From: Eledone cirrhosa
Taxonomy: Eukaryota
Direction of reading: 5' to 3'
DNA: 64,000 bases
NCBI GenBank assembly: GCA_964016885.1
Contig: OZ024743.1
Span: forward strand, 370,202,001 to 370,266,000
Shown here: positions 37,001 to 52,000 of the stretch, piece by piece
Numbering within the stretch: position 1 is the first letter of the stretch
Layout of the letters: each line of letters opens with the position of its first letter
The notes under the pieces: model-generated
What the model saw: only the letters and a program-made list of their open reading frames with translations
Database searches by the model: none
Told to the model about the DNA's origin: nothing
Position numbers and translations under genes: made by a program

Positions 37001-40000
37001 CTATCGTTCTCTATCTTGTCTTTCCTCAAAATTTCCTTCTTCACCAAGCTATCGTTCTCTATCTTGTCTTTCCTCAAAATTTCCTTCTTCCCCAAGCTAT
37101 CGTTCTCTATCTTGTCTTTCCTCAAAATTTCCTTCTTCACCAAGCTATCGTTCTCTATCTTGTCTTTCCTCAAAATTTCCTTCTTCACCAAGCTATCGTT
37201 CTCTATCTTGTCTTTCCCCAAAATTTCCTTCTTCACCAAGCTATCGTTATCTATCTTGTCTTTCCTCAAAATTTCCTTCTTCACCAAGCTATCGTTCTCT
37301 ATCTTGTCTTTCCTCAAAACTTCCTTCTTCACCAAGCTATCGTTCTCTATCTTGTCTTTCCTCAAAATTTCCTTCTTCACCAAGCTATCGTTCTCTATCA
37401 TGTCTTTCCTCAAAATTTCCATCTTCACCAAGCTATCGTTCTCTATCTTGTCTTTCCTCAAAATTTCCTTCTTCACCAAGCTATCGTTCTCTATCTTGTC
37501 TTTCCTCAAAATTTCCTTCTTCACCAAGCTATCGTTCTCTATCTTGTCTTTCCTCAAAATTTCCTTCTTCACCAAGCTATCGTTCTCTATCTTGTCTTTC
37601 TTCAAAACTTCCTTCTTCACCAAGCTATCGTTCTCTATCTTGTCTTTCCTCAAAATTTCCTTCTTCACCAAGCTATCGTTCTCTATCTTGTCTTTCCTCA
37701 AAATTTCCTTCTTCACCAAGCTATCGTTCTCTATCTTGTCTTTCCTCAAAATTTCCTTCTTCACCAAGCTATCGTTCTCTATCTTGTCTTTCCTCAAAAT
37801 TTCCTTCTCCACCAAGCTATCGTTCTCTATCTTGTCTTTCCTCAAAATTTCCTTCTTCACCAAGCTATCGTTCTCTATCTTGTCTTTCCTCAAAATTTCC
37901 TTCTTCACCAAGCTATCGTTCTCTATCTTGCCTTTCCTCAAAATTTCCTTCTGCACCAAGCTATCGTTCTCTATCTTGTCTTTCCTCAAAATTTCCTTCT
38001 TCACCAAGCTATCGTTCTCTATCTTGTCTTTCCTCAAAACTTCCTTCTTCACCAAGCTATCGTTCTCTATCTTGTCTTTCCTCAGAACTTCCTTCTTCAC
38101 CAAGCTATCGTTCTCTATCTTGTCTTTCCTCAAAACTTCCTTCTTCAGCAAACTATCGTTCTCTATCTTGTCTTTCCTCAAAACTTCCTTCTTCACCAAG
38201 CTATCGTTCTCTATCTTGTCTTTCCTCAAAATTTCCTTCTTCACCAAGCTATCGTTCTCTATCTTGTCTTTCTTCAAAACTTCCTTCTTCACCAAGCTAT
38301 CGTTCTCTATCTTGTCTTTCCTCAAAATTTCCTTCTTCACCAAGCTATCGTTCTCTATCTTGTCTTTCCTCAAAATTTCCTTCTTCACCAAGCTATCGTT
38401 CTCTATCTTGTCTTTCCTCAAAATTTCCTTCTTCACCAAGCTATCGTTCTCTATCTTGTCTTTCCTCAAAATTTCCTTCTTCACCAAGCTATCGTTCTCT
38501 ATCTTGTCTTTCCTCAAGATTTCCTTCTTCACCAAGCTACTGTTCTCTATCTTGTCTTTCCTCAAAATTTCCTTCTTCACCAAGCTATCGTTCTCTATCT
38601 TGTCTTTCCTCAAAACTTCCTTCTTCACCAAGCTATCGTTCTCTATCTTGTTTTTCCTCAAAATTTCCTTCTTCACCAAGCTATCGTTCTCTATCTTGTC
38701 TTTCCTCAAAATTTCCTTCTTCACCAAGCTATCGTTCTCTATCTTGTCTTTTCTCAAAATTTCCTTCTTCACGAAGCTATCGTTCTCTATCTTGTCTTTC
38801 CTCAAAATTTCCTTCTTCACCAAGCTATCGTTCTCTATCTTGTCTTTCCTCAAAATTTCCTTCTTCCCCAAGCTATCGTTCTCTATCTTGTCTTTCCTCA
38901 AAATTTCCTTCTTCACCAAGCTATCGTTCTCTATCTTGTCTTTCCTCAAAATTTCCTTCTTCACCAAGCTATCGTTCTCTATCTTGTCTTTCCCCAAAAT
39001 TTCCTTCTTCACCAAGCTATCGTTATCTATCTTGTCTTTCCTCAAAATTTCCTTCTTCACCAAGCTATCGTTCTCTATCTTGTCTTTCCTCAAAACTTCC
39101 TTCTTCACCAAGCTATCGTTCTCTATCTTGTCTTTCCTCAAAATTTCCTTCTTCACCAAGCTATCGTTCTCTATCATGTCTTTCCTCAAAATTTCCATCT
39201 TCACCAAGCTATCGTTCTCTATCTTGTCTTTCCTCAAAATTTCCTTCTTCACCAAGCTATCGTTCTCTATCTTGTCTTTCCTCAAAATTTCCTTCTTCAC
39301 CAAGCTATCGTTCTCTATCTTGTCTTTCCTCAAAATTTCCTTCTTCACCAAGCTATCGTTCTCTATCTTGTCTTTCCTCAAAACTTCCTTCTTCACCAAG
39401 CTATCGTTCTCTATCTTGTCTTTCCTCAAAATTTCCTTCTTCCTCAAGCTATCGTTCTCTATCTTGTCTTTCCTCAAAACTTCCTTCTTCACCAAGCTAT
39501 CGTTCTCTATCTTGTCTTTCCTCAAAATTTCCTTCTTCACCAAGCTATCGTTCTCTATCTTGTCTTTCCTCAAAATTTCCTTCTCCACCAAGCTATCGTT
39601 CTCTATCTTGTCTTTCCTCAAAATTTCCTTCTTCACCAAGCTATCGTTCTCTATCTTGTCTTTCCTCAAAATTTCCTTCTTCACCAAGCTATCGTTCTCT
39701 ATCTTGTCTTACCTCAAAACTTCCTTCTTCACCAAGCTATCGTTCTCTATCTTGTCTTTCCTCAAAATTTCCTTCTTCACCAAGCTATCGTTCTCTATCT
39801 TGTCTTTCCTCAAAATTTCCTTCTTCACCAAGCTATCGTTCTCTATCTTGTCTTTCCTCAAAATTTCTTTCTTCACCAAGCTATCGTTCTCTATCATGTC
39901 TTTCCTCAAAATTTCCTTCTTCACCAAGCTATCGTTCTCTATCTTGTCTTTCCTCAAAATTTCCTTCTTCACCAAGCTATCGTTCTCTATCTTGTCTTTC

Positions 40001-43000
40001 CTCAAAATTTCCTTCTTCACCAAGCTATCGTTCTCTATCTTGTCTTTCCTCAAAATTTCCTTCTTCACCAAGCTATCGTTCTCTATCTTGTCTTTCCTCA
40101 AAATTTCCTTCTTCACCAAGCTATCGTTCTCTATCTTGTCTTTCCTCAAAATTTCCTTCTTCACCAAGCTATCGTTCTCTATCTTGTCTTTCCTCAAAAT
40201 TTCCTTCTTCACCAAGCTATTGTTCTCTATCTTGTCTTTCCTCAAAATTTCCTTCTTCACCAAGCTATCGTTCTCTATCTTGTCTTTCCTCAAAATTTCC
40301 TTCTTCACCAAGCTATCGTTCTCTATCTTGTCTTTCCTCAAAATTTCCTTCTTCACCAAGCTATCGTTCTCTATCTTGTCTTTCCTCAAAATTTCCTCCT
40401 ACACCAAGCTATCGTTCTCTATCTTGTCTTTCCTCAAAATTTCCTTCTTCACCAAGCTATCGTTCTCTATCTTGTCTTTCCTCAAAATTTCCTTCTTCAC
40501 CAAGCTATCGTTCTCTATCTTGTCTTTCCTCAAAATTTCCTTCTTCACCAAGCTATCGTTCTCTATCTTGTCTTTCCTCAAAATTTCCTTCTTCACCAAG
40601 CTATCGTTCTCTATCTTGTCTTTCCTCAAAACTTCCTTCTTCACCAAGCTATCGTTCTCTATCTTGTCTTTCCTCAAAATTTCCTTCTTCACCAAGCTAT
40701 CGTTCTCTATCTTGTCTTACCTCAAAACTTCCTTCTTCACCAAGCTATCGTTCTCTATCTTGTCTTTCCTCAAAATTTCCTTCTTCACCAAGCTATCGTT
40801 CTCTATCTTGTCTTTCCTCAAAACTTCCTTCTTCACCAAGCTATCGTTCTCTATCTTGTCTTTCCTCAAAATTTCCTTTTTCACCAAGCTATCGTTCTCT
40901 ACCTTGTCTTTCCTCAAAATTTCCTTCTTCACCAAGCTATCGTTCTCTATTTTGTCTTTCCTCAAAACTTCCTTCTTCACCAAGCTATCGTTCTCTATCT
41001 TGTCTTTCCTCAAAACTTCCTTCTTCACCAAGCTATCGTTCTCTATCTTGTCTTTCCTCAAAACTTCCTTCTTCACCAAGCTATCGTTCTCTATCTTGTC
41101 TTTCCTCAAAACTTCCTTCTTCACCAAGCTATCGTTCTCTATCTTGTCTTTCCTCAAAACTTCCTTCTTCACCAAGCTATCGTTCTCTATCTTGTCTTTC
41201 CTCAAAACTTCCTTCTTCACCAAGCTATCGTTCTCTATCTTGTCTTTCCTCAAAACTTCCTTCTTCACCAAGCTATCGTTCTCTATCTTGTCTTTCCTCA
41301 AAATTTCCTTCTTCACCAAGCTATCGTTCTCTATCTTGTCTTTCCTCAAAATTTCCTTCTTCACCAAGCTATCGTTCTCTATCATGTCTTTCCTCAAAAT
41401 TTCCATCTTCACCAAGCTATCGTTCTCTATCTTGTCTTTCCTCAAAATTTCCTTCTTCACCAAGCTATCGTTCTCTATCTTGTCTTTCCTCAAAATTTCC
41501 TTCTTCACCAAGCTATCGTTCTCTATCTTGTCTTTCCTCAAAATTTCCTTCTTCACCAAGCTATCGTTCTCTATCTTGTCTTTCCTCAAAACTTCCTTCT
41601 TCACCAAGCTATCGTTCTCTATCTTGTCTTTCCTCAAAATTTCCTTCTTCACCAAGCTATCGTTCTCTATCTTGTCTTTCCTCAAAACTTCCTTCTTCAC
41701 CAAGCTATCGTTCTCTATCTTGTCTTTCCTCAAAATTTCCTTCTTCACCAAGCTATCGTTCTCTATCTTGTCTTTCCTCAAAATTTCCTTCTCCACCAAG
41801 CTATCGTTCTCTATCTTGTCTTTCCTCAAAATTTCCTTCTTCACCAAGCTATCGTTCTCTATCTTGTCTTTCCTCAAAATTTCCTTCTTCACCAAGCTAT
41901 CGTTCTCTATCTTGTCTTTCCTCAAAACTTCCTTCTTCACCAAGCTATCGTTCTCTATCTTGTCTTTCCTCAAAATTTCCTTCTTCACCAAGCTATCGTT
42001 CTCTATCTTGTCTTTCCTCAAAATTTCCTTCTTCACCAAGCTATCGTTCTCTATCTTGTCTTTCCTCAAAATTTCTTTCTTCACCAAGCTATCGTTCTCT
42101 ATCATGTCTTTCCTCAAAACTTCCTTCTTCACCAAGCTATCGTTCTCTATCTTGTCTTTCCTCAAAATTTCCTTCTTCACCAAGCTATCGTTCTCTATCT
42201 TGTCTTTCCTCAAAATTTCCTTCTTCACCAAGCTATCGTTCTCTATCTTGTCTTTCCTCAAAATTTCCTTCTTCACCAAGCTATCGTTCTCTATCTTGTC
42301 TTTCCTCAAAATTTCCTTCTTCACCAAGCTATCGTTCTCTATCTTGTCTTTCCTCAAAATTTCCTTCTTCACCAAGCTATCGTTCTCTATCTTGTCTTTC
42401 CTCAAAATTTCCTTCTTCACCAAGCTATTGTTCTCTATCTTGTCTTTCCTCAAAATTTCCTTCTTCACCAAGCTATCGTTCTCTATCTTGTCTTTCCTCA
42501 AAATTTCCTTCTTCACCAAGCTATTGTTCTCTATCTTGTCTTTCCTCAAAATTTCCTTCTTCACCAAGCTATCGTTCTCTATCTTGTCTTTCCTCAAAAT
42601 TTCCTCCTACACCAAGCTATCGTTCCCTATCTTGTCTTTCCTCAAAATTTCCTTCTTCACCAAGCTATCGTTCTCTATCTTGTCTTTCCTCAAAATTTCC
42701 TTCTTCACCAAGCTATCGTTCTCTATCTTGTCTTTCCTCAAAATTTCCTTCTTCACCAAGCTATCGTTCTCTATCTTGTCTTTCCTCAAAATTTCCTTGT
42801 TCACCAAGCTATCGTTCTCTATCTTGTCTTTCCTCAAAACTTCCTTCTTCACCAAGCTATCGTTCTCTATCTTGTCTTTCCTCAAAATTTCCTTCTTCAC
42901 CAAGCTATCGTTCTCTATCTTGTCTTACCTCAAAACTTCCTTCTTCACCAAGCTATCGTTCTCTATCTTGTCTTTCCTCAAAATTTCCTTCTTCACCAAG

Positions 43001-46000
43001 CTATCGTTCTCTATCTTGTCTTTCCTCAAAACTTCCTTCTTCACCAAGCTATCGTTCTCTATCTTGTCTTTCCTCAAAATTTCCTTTTTCACCAAGCTAT
43101 CGTTCTCTACCTTGTCTTTCCTCAAAATTTCCTTCTTCACCAAGCTATCGTTCTCTATTTTGTCTTTCCTCAAAACTTCCTTCTTCACCAAGCTATCGTT
43201 CTCTATCTTGTCTTTCCTCAAAACTTCCTTCTTCACCAAGCTATCGTTCTCTATCTTGTCTTTCCTCAAAATTTCCTTCTTCACCAAGCTATCGTTCTCT
43301 ATCTTGTCTTTCCTCAAAATTTCCTTCTTCACCAAGCTATCGTTCTCTATCTTGTCTTTCCTCAAAATTTCCTTGTTCACCAAGCTATCGTTCTCTATCT
43401 TGTCTTTCCTCAAAATTTCCTTCTTCACCAAGCTATCGTTCTCTATCTTGTCTTTCCTCAAAATTTCCTTCTTCACCAAGCTATCGTTCTCTATCTTGTC
43501 TTTCCTCAAAACTTCCTTCTTCACCAAGCTTTCGTTCTCTATCTTGTCTTTCCTCAAAATTTCCTTCTTCACCAAGCTATCGTTCTCTATCTTGTCTTTC
43601 CTCAAAACTTCCTTCTTCACCAAGCTATCGTTCTCTATCTTGTCTTTCCTCAAAATTTCCTTCTTCACCAAGCTATCGTTCTCTATCTTGTCTTTCCTCA
43701 AAATTTCCTTCTCCACCAAGCTATCGTTCTCTATCTTGTCTTTCCTCAAAATTTCCTTCTTCACCAAGCTATCGTTCTCTATCTTGTCTTTCCTCAAAAT
43801 TTCCTTCTTCACCAAGCTATCGTTCTCTATCTTGTCTTTCCTCAAAACTTCCTTCTTCACCAAGCTATCGTTCTCTATCTTGTCTTTCCTCAAAATTTCC
43901 TTCTTCACCAAGCTATCGTTCTCTATCTTGTCTTTCCTCAAAATTTCCTTCTTCACCAAGCTATCGTTCTCTATCTTGTCTTTCCTCAAAATTTCTTTCT
44001 TCACCAAGCTATCGTTCTCTATCATGTCTTTCCTCAAAATTTCCTTCTTCACCAAGCTATCGTTCTCTATCTTGTCTTTCCTCAAAATTTCCTTCTTCAC
44101 CAAGCTATCGTTCTCTATCTTGTCTTTCCTCAAAATTTCCTTCTTCACCAAGCTATCGTTCTCTATCTTGTCTTTCCTCAAAATTTCCTTCTTCACCAAG
44201 CTATCGTTCTCTATCTTGTCTTTCCTCAAAATTTCCTTCTTCACCAAGCTATCGTTCTCTATCTTGTCTTTCCTCAAAATTTCCTTCTTCACCAAGCTAT
44301 CGTTCTCTATCTTGTCTTTCCTCAAAATTTCCTTCTTCACCAAGCTATTGTTCTCTATCTTGTCTTTCCTCAAAATTTCCTTCTTCACCAAGCTATCGTT
44401 CTCTATCTTGTCTTTCCTCAAAATTTCCTTCTTCACCAAGCTATCGTTCTCTATCTTGTCTTTCCTCAAAATTTCCTTCTTCACCAAGCTATCGTTCTCT
44501 ATCTTGTCTTTCCTCAAAATTTCCTCCTACACCAAGCTATCGTTCTCTATCTTGTCTTTCCTCAAAATTTCCTTCTTCACCAAGCTATCGTTCTCTATCT
44601 TGTCTTTCCTCAAAATTTCCTTCTTCACCAAGCTATCGTTCTCTATCTTGTCTTTCCTCAAAATTTCCTTCTTCACCAAGCTATCGTTCTCTATCTTGTC
44701 TTTCCTCAAAATTTCCTTGTTCACCAAGCTATCGTTCTCTATCTTGTCTTTCCTCAAAACTTCCTTCTTCACCAAGCTATCGTTCTCTATCTTGTCTTTC
44801 CTCAAAATTTCCTTCTTCACCAAGCTATCGTTCTCTATCTTGTCTTACCTCAAAACTTCCTTCTTCACCAAGCTATCGTTCTCTATCTTGTCTTTCCTCA
44901 AAATTTCCTTCTCCACCAAGCTATCGTTCTCTATCTTGTCTTTCCTCAAAACTTCCTTCTTCACCAAGCTATCGTTCTCTATCTTGTCTTTCCTCAAAAT
45001 TTCCTTTTTCACCAAGCTATCGTTCTCTACCTTGTCTTTCCTCAAAATTTCCTTCTTCACCAAGCTATCGTTCTCTATTTTGTCTTTCCTCAAAACTTCC
45101 TTCTTCACCAAGCTATCGTTCTCTATCTTGTCTTTCCTCAAAACTTCCTTCTTCACCAAGCTATCGTTCTCTATCTTGTCTTTCCTCAAAACTTCCTTCT
45201 TCACCAAGCTATCGTTCTCTATCTTGTCTTTCCTCAAAACTTCCTTCTTCACCAAGCTATCGTTCTCTATCTTGTCTTTCCTCAAAACTTCCTTCTTCAC
45301 CAAGCTATCGTTCTCTATCTTGTCTTTCCTCAAAACTTCCTTCTTCACCAAGCTATCGTTCTCTATCTTGTCTTTCCTCAAAACTTCCTTCTTCACCAAG
45401 CTATCGTTCTCTATCTTGTCTTTCCTCAAAATTTCCTTCTTCACCAAGCTATCGTTCTCTATCTTGTCTTTCCTCAAAACTTCCTTCTTCACCAAGCTAT
45501 CGTTCTCTATCTTGTCTTTCCTCAAAATGTCCTTCTTCACCAAGCTATCGTTCTCTATCTTGTCTTTCCTCAAAACTTCCTTCTTCACCAAGCTATCGTT
45601 CTCTATCTTGTCTTTCCTCAAAATTTCCTTCTTCACCAAGCTATCGTTCTCTATCTTGTCTTTCCTCAAAACTTCCTTCTTCACCAAGCTATCGTTCTCT
45701 ATCTTATCTTTCTTCAAAACTTACTTCTTCACCAAGCTATCGTTCTCTATCTTGTCTTTCCTCAAAACTTCCTTCTTCACCAAGCTATCGTTCTCTATCT
45801 TATCTTTCTTCAAAACTTCCTTCTTCACCAAGCTATCGTTCTCTATCTTGTCTTTCCTCAAAACTTCCTTCTTTACCAAGCTATCGTTCTCTATCTTGTC
45901 TTTCCTCAAAACCTCCTTCTTCAGCAAGCTATCGTTCTCTATCTTGTCTTTCCTCAAAACTTCCTTCTTCACCAAGCTATCGTTCTCTATCTTGTCTTTC

Positions 46001-49000
46001 CTCAAAACTTCCTTCTTCAGCAAGCTATCGTTCTCTATCTTGTCTTTCCTCAAAACTTCCTTCTTCACCAAGCTATCGTTCTCTATCTTGTCTTTCCTCA
46101 AAACTTCCTTCTTCACCAAGCTATCGTTCTCTATCTTGTCTTTCCTCAAAACTTCCTTCTTCAGCAAGGTATCGTTCTCTATCTTGTCTTTCCTCAAAAC
46201 TTCCTTCTTCACCAAGCTATCGTTGTCTATCTTGTCTTTCCTCAAAACTTCCTTCTTGACCAAGCTATCGTTCTCTATCTTGTCTTTCCTCAAAACATCC
46301 TTCTTCACCAAGCTATCGTTCTCTATCTTGTCTTTGCTCAAAACTTCCTTCTTCACCAAGCTATCGTTCTCTATCTTGTCTTTCCTCAAAATTTCCTTCT
46401 TCGCCAAGCTATCGTTCTCTATCTTGTCTTTCCTCAAAATTTCCTTCTTCACCAAGCTATCGTTCTCTATCTTGTCTTTCCTCAAAATTTCCCTCTTGAC
46501 CAAGCTATCGTTCTCTATCTTGTCATTCCTCAAAATTTCCTTCTTCACCAAGCTATCGTTCTCTATCTTGTCTTTCCTCAAAATTTCCTTCTTCACCAAG
46601 CTATCGTTCTCTATCTTGTCTTTCCTCAAAATTTCCTTCTTCACCAAGCTATCGTTCTCTATCTTGTCTTTCCTCAAAATTTCCTTCTTCACCAAGCTAT
46701 CGTTCTCTATCTTGTCTTTCCTCAAAATTTCCTTCTTCACCAAGCTATCGTTCTCTATCTTGTCTTTCCTCAAAATTTCCTTCTTCACCAAGCTATCGTT
46801 CTCTATCTTGTCTTTCCTCAAAACTTCCTTCTTCACCAAGCTATCGTTCTCTATCTTGTCATTCCTCAAAATTTCCTTCTTCACCAAGCTATCGTTCTCT
46901 ATCTTGTCTTTCCTCAAAATTTCCTTCTTCACCAAGCTATCGTTCTCTATCTTGTCTTTCCTCAAAACTTCCTTCTTCACCAAGCTATCGTTCTCTATCT
47001 TGTCATTCCTCAAAATTTCCTTCTTCACCAAGCTATCGTTCTCTATCTTGTCTTTCCTCAAAATTTCCTTCTTCACCAAGCTATCGTTCTCTATCTTGTC
47101 TTTCCTCAAAATTTCCTTCTTCACCAAGCTATCGTTCTCTATCTTGTCTTTCCTCAAAATTTCCTTCTTCACCAAGCTATCGTTCTCTATCTTGTCTTTC
47201 CTCAAAATTTCCTCCTACACCAAGCTATCGTTCTCTATCTTGTCTTTCCTCAAAATTTCCTTCTTCACCAAGCTATCGTTCTCTATCTTGTCTTTCCTCA
47301 AAATTTCCTTCTTCACCAAGCTATCGTTCTCTATCTTGTCTTTCCTCAAAATTTCCTTCTTCACCAAGCTATCGTTCTCTATCTTGTCTTTCCTCAAAAT
47401 TTCCTTGTTCACCAAGCTATCGTTCTCTATCTTGTCTTTCCTCAAAACTTCCTTCTTCACCAAGCTATCGTTCTCTATCTTGTCTTTCCTCAAAATTTCC
47501 TTCTTCACCAAGCTATCGTTCTCTATCTTGTCTTACCTCAAAACTTCCTTCTTCACCAAGCTATCGTTCTCTATCTTGTCTTTCCTCAAAATTTCCTTCT
47601 CCACCAAGCTATCGTTCTCTATCTTGTCTTTCCTCAAAACTTCCTTCTTCACCAAGCTATCGTTCTCTATCTTGTCTTTCCTCAAAATTTCCTTTTTCAC
47701 CAAGCTATCGTTCTCTACCTTGTCTTTCCTCAAAATTTCCTTCTTCACCAAGCTATCGTTCTCTATTTTGTCTTTCCTCAAAACTTCCTTCTTCACCAAG
47801 CTATCGTTCTCTATCTTGTCTTTCCTCAAAACTTCCTTCTTCACCAAGCTATCGTTCTCTATCTTGTCTTTCCTCAAAACTTCCTTCTTCACCAAGCTAT
47901 CGTTCTCTATCTTGTCTTTCCTCAAAACTTCCTTCTTCACCAAGCTATCGTTCTCTATCTTGTCTTTCCTCAAAACTTCCTTCTTCACCAAGCTATCGTT
48001 CTCTATCTTGTCTTTCCTCAAAACTTCCTTCTTCACCAAGCTATCGTTCTCTATCTTGTCTTTCCTCAAAACTTCCTTCTTCACCAAGCTATCGTTCTCT
48101 ATCTTGTCTTTCCTCAAAATTTCCTTCTTCACCAAGCTATCGTTCTCTATCTTGTCTTTCCTCAAAACTTCCTTCTTCACCAAGCTATCGTTCTCTATCT
48201 TGTCTTTCCTCAAAATGTCCTTCTTCACCAAGCTATCGTTCTCTATCTTGTCTTTCCTCAAAACTTCCTTCTTCACCAAGCTATCGTTCTCTATCTTGTC
48301 TTTCCTCAAAATTTCCTTCTTCACCAAGCTATCGTTCTCTATCTTGTCTTTCCTCAAAACTTCCTTCTTCACCAAGCTATCGTTCTCTATCTTATCTTTC
48401 TTCAAAACTTACTTCTTCACCAAGCTATCGTTCTCTATCTTGTCTTTCCTCAAAACTTCCTTCTTCACCAAGCTATCGTTCTCTATCTTATCTTTCTTCA
48501 AAACTTCCTTCTTCACCAAGCTATCGTTCTCTATCTTGTCTTTCCTCAAAACTTCCTTCTTTACCAAGCTATCGTTCTCTATCTTGTCTTTCCTCAAAAC
48601 CTCCTTCTTCAGCAAGCTATCGTTCTCTATCTTGTCTTTCCTCAAAACTTCCTTCTTCACCAAGCTATCGTTCTCTATCTTGTCTTTCCTCAAAACTTCC
48701 TTCTTCAGCAAGGTATCGTTCTCTATCTTGTCTTTCCTCAAAACTTCCTTCTTCACCAAGCTATCGTTGTCTATCTTGTCTTTCCTCAAAATTTCCTTCT
48801 TCACCAAGCTATCGTTCTCTATCTTGTCTTTCCTCAAAATTTCCTTCTTCACCAAGCTATCGTTCTCTATCTTGTCTTTCCTCAAAATTTCCTTCTTCAC
48901 CAAGCTATCGTTCTCTATCTTGTCTTTCCTCAAAATTTCCTTCTTCACCAAGCTATCGTTCTCTATCTTGTCTTTCCTCAAAATTTCCTTCTTCACCAAG

Positions 49001-52000
49001 CTATCGTTCTCTATCTTGTCTTTCCTCAAAACTTCCTTCTTCACCAAGCTATCGTTCTCTATCTTGTCATTCCTCAAAATTTCCTTCTTCACCAAGCTAT
49101 CGTTCTCTATCTTGTCTTTCCTCAAAATTTCCTTCTTCACCAAGCTATCGTTCTCTATCTTGTCTTTCCTCAAAATTTCCTTCTTCACCAAGCTATCGTT
49201 CTCTATCTTGTCTTTCCTCAAAATTTCATTTCTTTACCAAGCTATCGTTCTCTATCTTGTCTTTCCTCAAAATTTCCTTCTTCACCAAGCTATCGTTCTC
49301 TATCTTGTCTTTCCTCAAAATTTCCTTCTTCACCAAGCTATCGTTCTCTATCTTGTCTTTCCTCAAAATTTCCTTCTTCACCAAGCTATCGTTCTCTATC
49401 TTGTCTTTCCTCAAAATTTCCTTCTTCACCAAGCTATCGTTCTCTATCTTGTCTTTCCTCAAAATTTCCTTCTTCACCAAGCTATCGTTCTCTATCTTGT
49501 CTTTCCTCAACATTTCCTTCTTCACCAAGCTATCGTTCTCTATCTTGTCTTTCCTCAAAATTTCCTTCTTCACCAAGCTATCGTCCTCTATCTTGTCTTT
49601 CCTCAAAATTTCCTTCTTCACCAAGTTATCGTTCTCTATCTTGTCTTTCCTCAAAATTTCCTTCTTCACCAAGCTATCGTTCTCTATCTTGTCTTTCCTC
49701 AAAACTTTCTTCTTCACCAAGCTATCGTTCTCTATCTTGTCTTTCCTCAAAATTTCCTTCTTCACCAAGCTATCGTTCTCTATCTTGTCTTTCCTCAAAA
49801 CTTCCTTCTTCACCAAGCTATCGTTCTCTATCTTGTCTTTCCTCAAAATTTCCTTCTTCACCAAGCTATCGTTCTCTATCTTGTCTTTCCTCAAAATTTA
49901 CTTCTTCACCAAGCTATCGTTCTCTATCTTGTCTTTGCTCAAAATTTCCTTCTTCACCAAGCTATCGTTCTCTATCTTGTCTTTCCTCAAAATTTCCTTC
50001 TTCACCAAGCTATCGTTCTCTATCTTGTCTTTCCTCAAAATTTCCTTCTTCACCAAGCTATCGTTCTCTATCTTGTCTTTCCTCAAAACTTCCTTCTTCA
50101 CCAAGCTATCGTTCTCTATCTTGTCTTTCCTCAAAATTTCCTTCTTCACCAAGCTATCGTTCTCTATCTTGTCTTTCCTCAAAACTTCCTTCTTCACCAA
50201 GCTATCGTTCTCTATCTTGTCTTTCCTCAAAATTTCCTTCTTCACCAAGCTATCGTTCTCTATCTTGTCTTTCCTCAAAATTTCCTTCTCCACCAAGCTA
50301 TCGTTCTCTATCTTGTCTTTCCTCAAAATTTCCTTCTTCACCAAGCTATCGTTCTCTATCTTGTCTTTCCTCAAAATTTCCTTCTTCACCAAGCTATCGT
50401 TCTCTATCTTGTCTTTCCTCAAAACTTCCTTCTTCACCAAGCTATCGTTCTCTATCTTGTCTTTCCTCAAAATTTCCTTCTTCACCAAGCTATCGTTCTC
50501 TATCTTGTCTTTCCTCAAAATTTCCTTCTTCACCAAGCTATCGTTCTCTATCTTGTCTTTCCTCAAAATTTCTTTCTTCACCAAGCTATCGTTCTCTATC
50601 ATGTCTTTCCTCAAAATTTCCTTCTTCACCAAGCTATCGTTCTCTATCTTGTCTTTCCTCAAAATTTCCTTCTTCACCAAGCTATCGTTCTCTATCTTGT
50701 CTTTCCTCAAAATTTCCTTCTTCACCAAGCTATCGTTCTCTATCTTGTCTTTCCTCAAAATTTCCTTCTTCACCAAGCTATCGTTCTCTATCTTGTCTTT
50801 CCTCAAAATTTCCTTCTTCACCAAGCTATCGTTCTCTATCTTGTCTTTCCTCAAAATTTCCTTCTTCACCAAGCTATCGTTCTCTATCTTGTCTTTCCTC
50901 AAAATTTCCTTCTTCACCAAGCTATTGTTCTCTATCTTGTCTTTCCTCAAAATTTCCTTCTTCACCAAGCTATCGTTCTCTATCTTGTCTTTCCTCAAAA
51001 TTTCCTTCTTCACCAAGCTATCGTTCTCTATCTTGTCTTTCCTCAAAACTTCCTTCTTCACCAAGCTATCGTTCTCTATCTTGTCTTTCCTCAAAACTTC
51101 CTTCTTCACCAAGCTATCGTTCTCTATCTTGTCTTTCCTCAAAATTTCCTTCTTCACCAAGCTATCGTTCTCTATCTTGTCTTTCCTCAAAACTTCCTTC
51201 TTCACCAAGCTATCGTTCTCTATCTTGTCTTTCCTCAAAATGTCCTTCTTCACCAAGCTATCGTTCTCTATCTTGTCTTTCCTCAAAACTTCCTTCTTCA
51301 CCAAGCTATCGTTCTCTATCTTGTCTTTCCTCAAAATTTCCTTCTTCACCAAGCTATCGTTCTCTATCTTGTCTTTCCTCAAAACTTCCTTCTTCACCAA
51401 GCTATCGTTCTCTATCTTATCTTTCTTCAAAACTTACTTCTTCACCAAGCTATCGTTCTCTATCTTGTCTTTCCTCAAAACTTCCTTCTTCACCAAGCTA
51501 TCGTTCTCTATCTTATCTTTCTTCAAAACTTCCTTCTTCACCAAGCTATCGTTCTCTATCTTGTCTTTCCTCAAAACTTCCTTCTTTACCAAGCTATCGT
51601 TCTCTATCTTGTCTTTCCTCAAAACCTCCTTCTTCAGCAAGCTATCGTTCTCTATCTTGTCTTTCCTCAAAACTTCCTTCTTCACCAAGCTATCGTTCTC
51701 TATCTTGTCTTTCCTCAAAACTTCCTTCTTCAGCAAGCTATCGTTCTCTATCTTGTCTTTCCTCAAAACTTCCTTCTTCACCAAGCTATCGTTCTCTATC
51801 TTGTCTTTCCTCAAAACTTCCTTCTTCACCAAGCTATCGTTCTCTATCTTGTCTTTCCTCAAAACTTCCTTCTTCAGCAAGGTATCGTTCTCTATCTTGT
51901 CTTTCCTCAAAACTTCCTTCTTCACCAAGCTATCGTTGTCTATCTTGTCTTTCCTCAAAACTTCCTTCTTGACCAAGCTATCGTTCTCTATCTTGTCTTT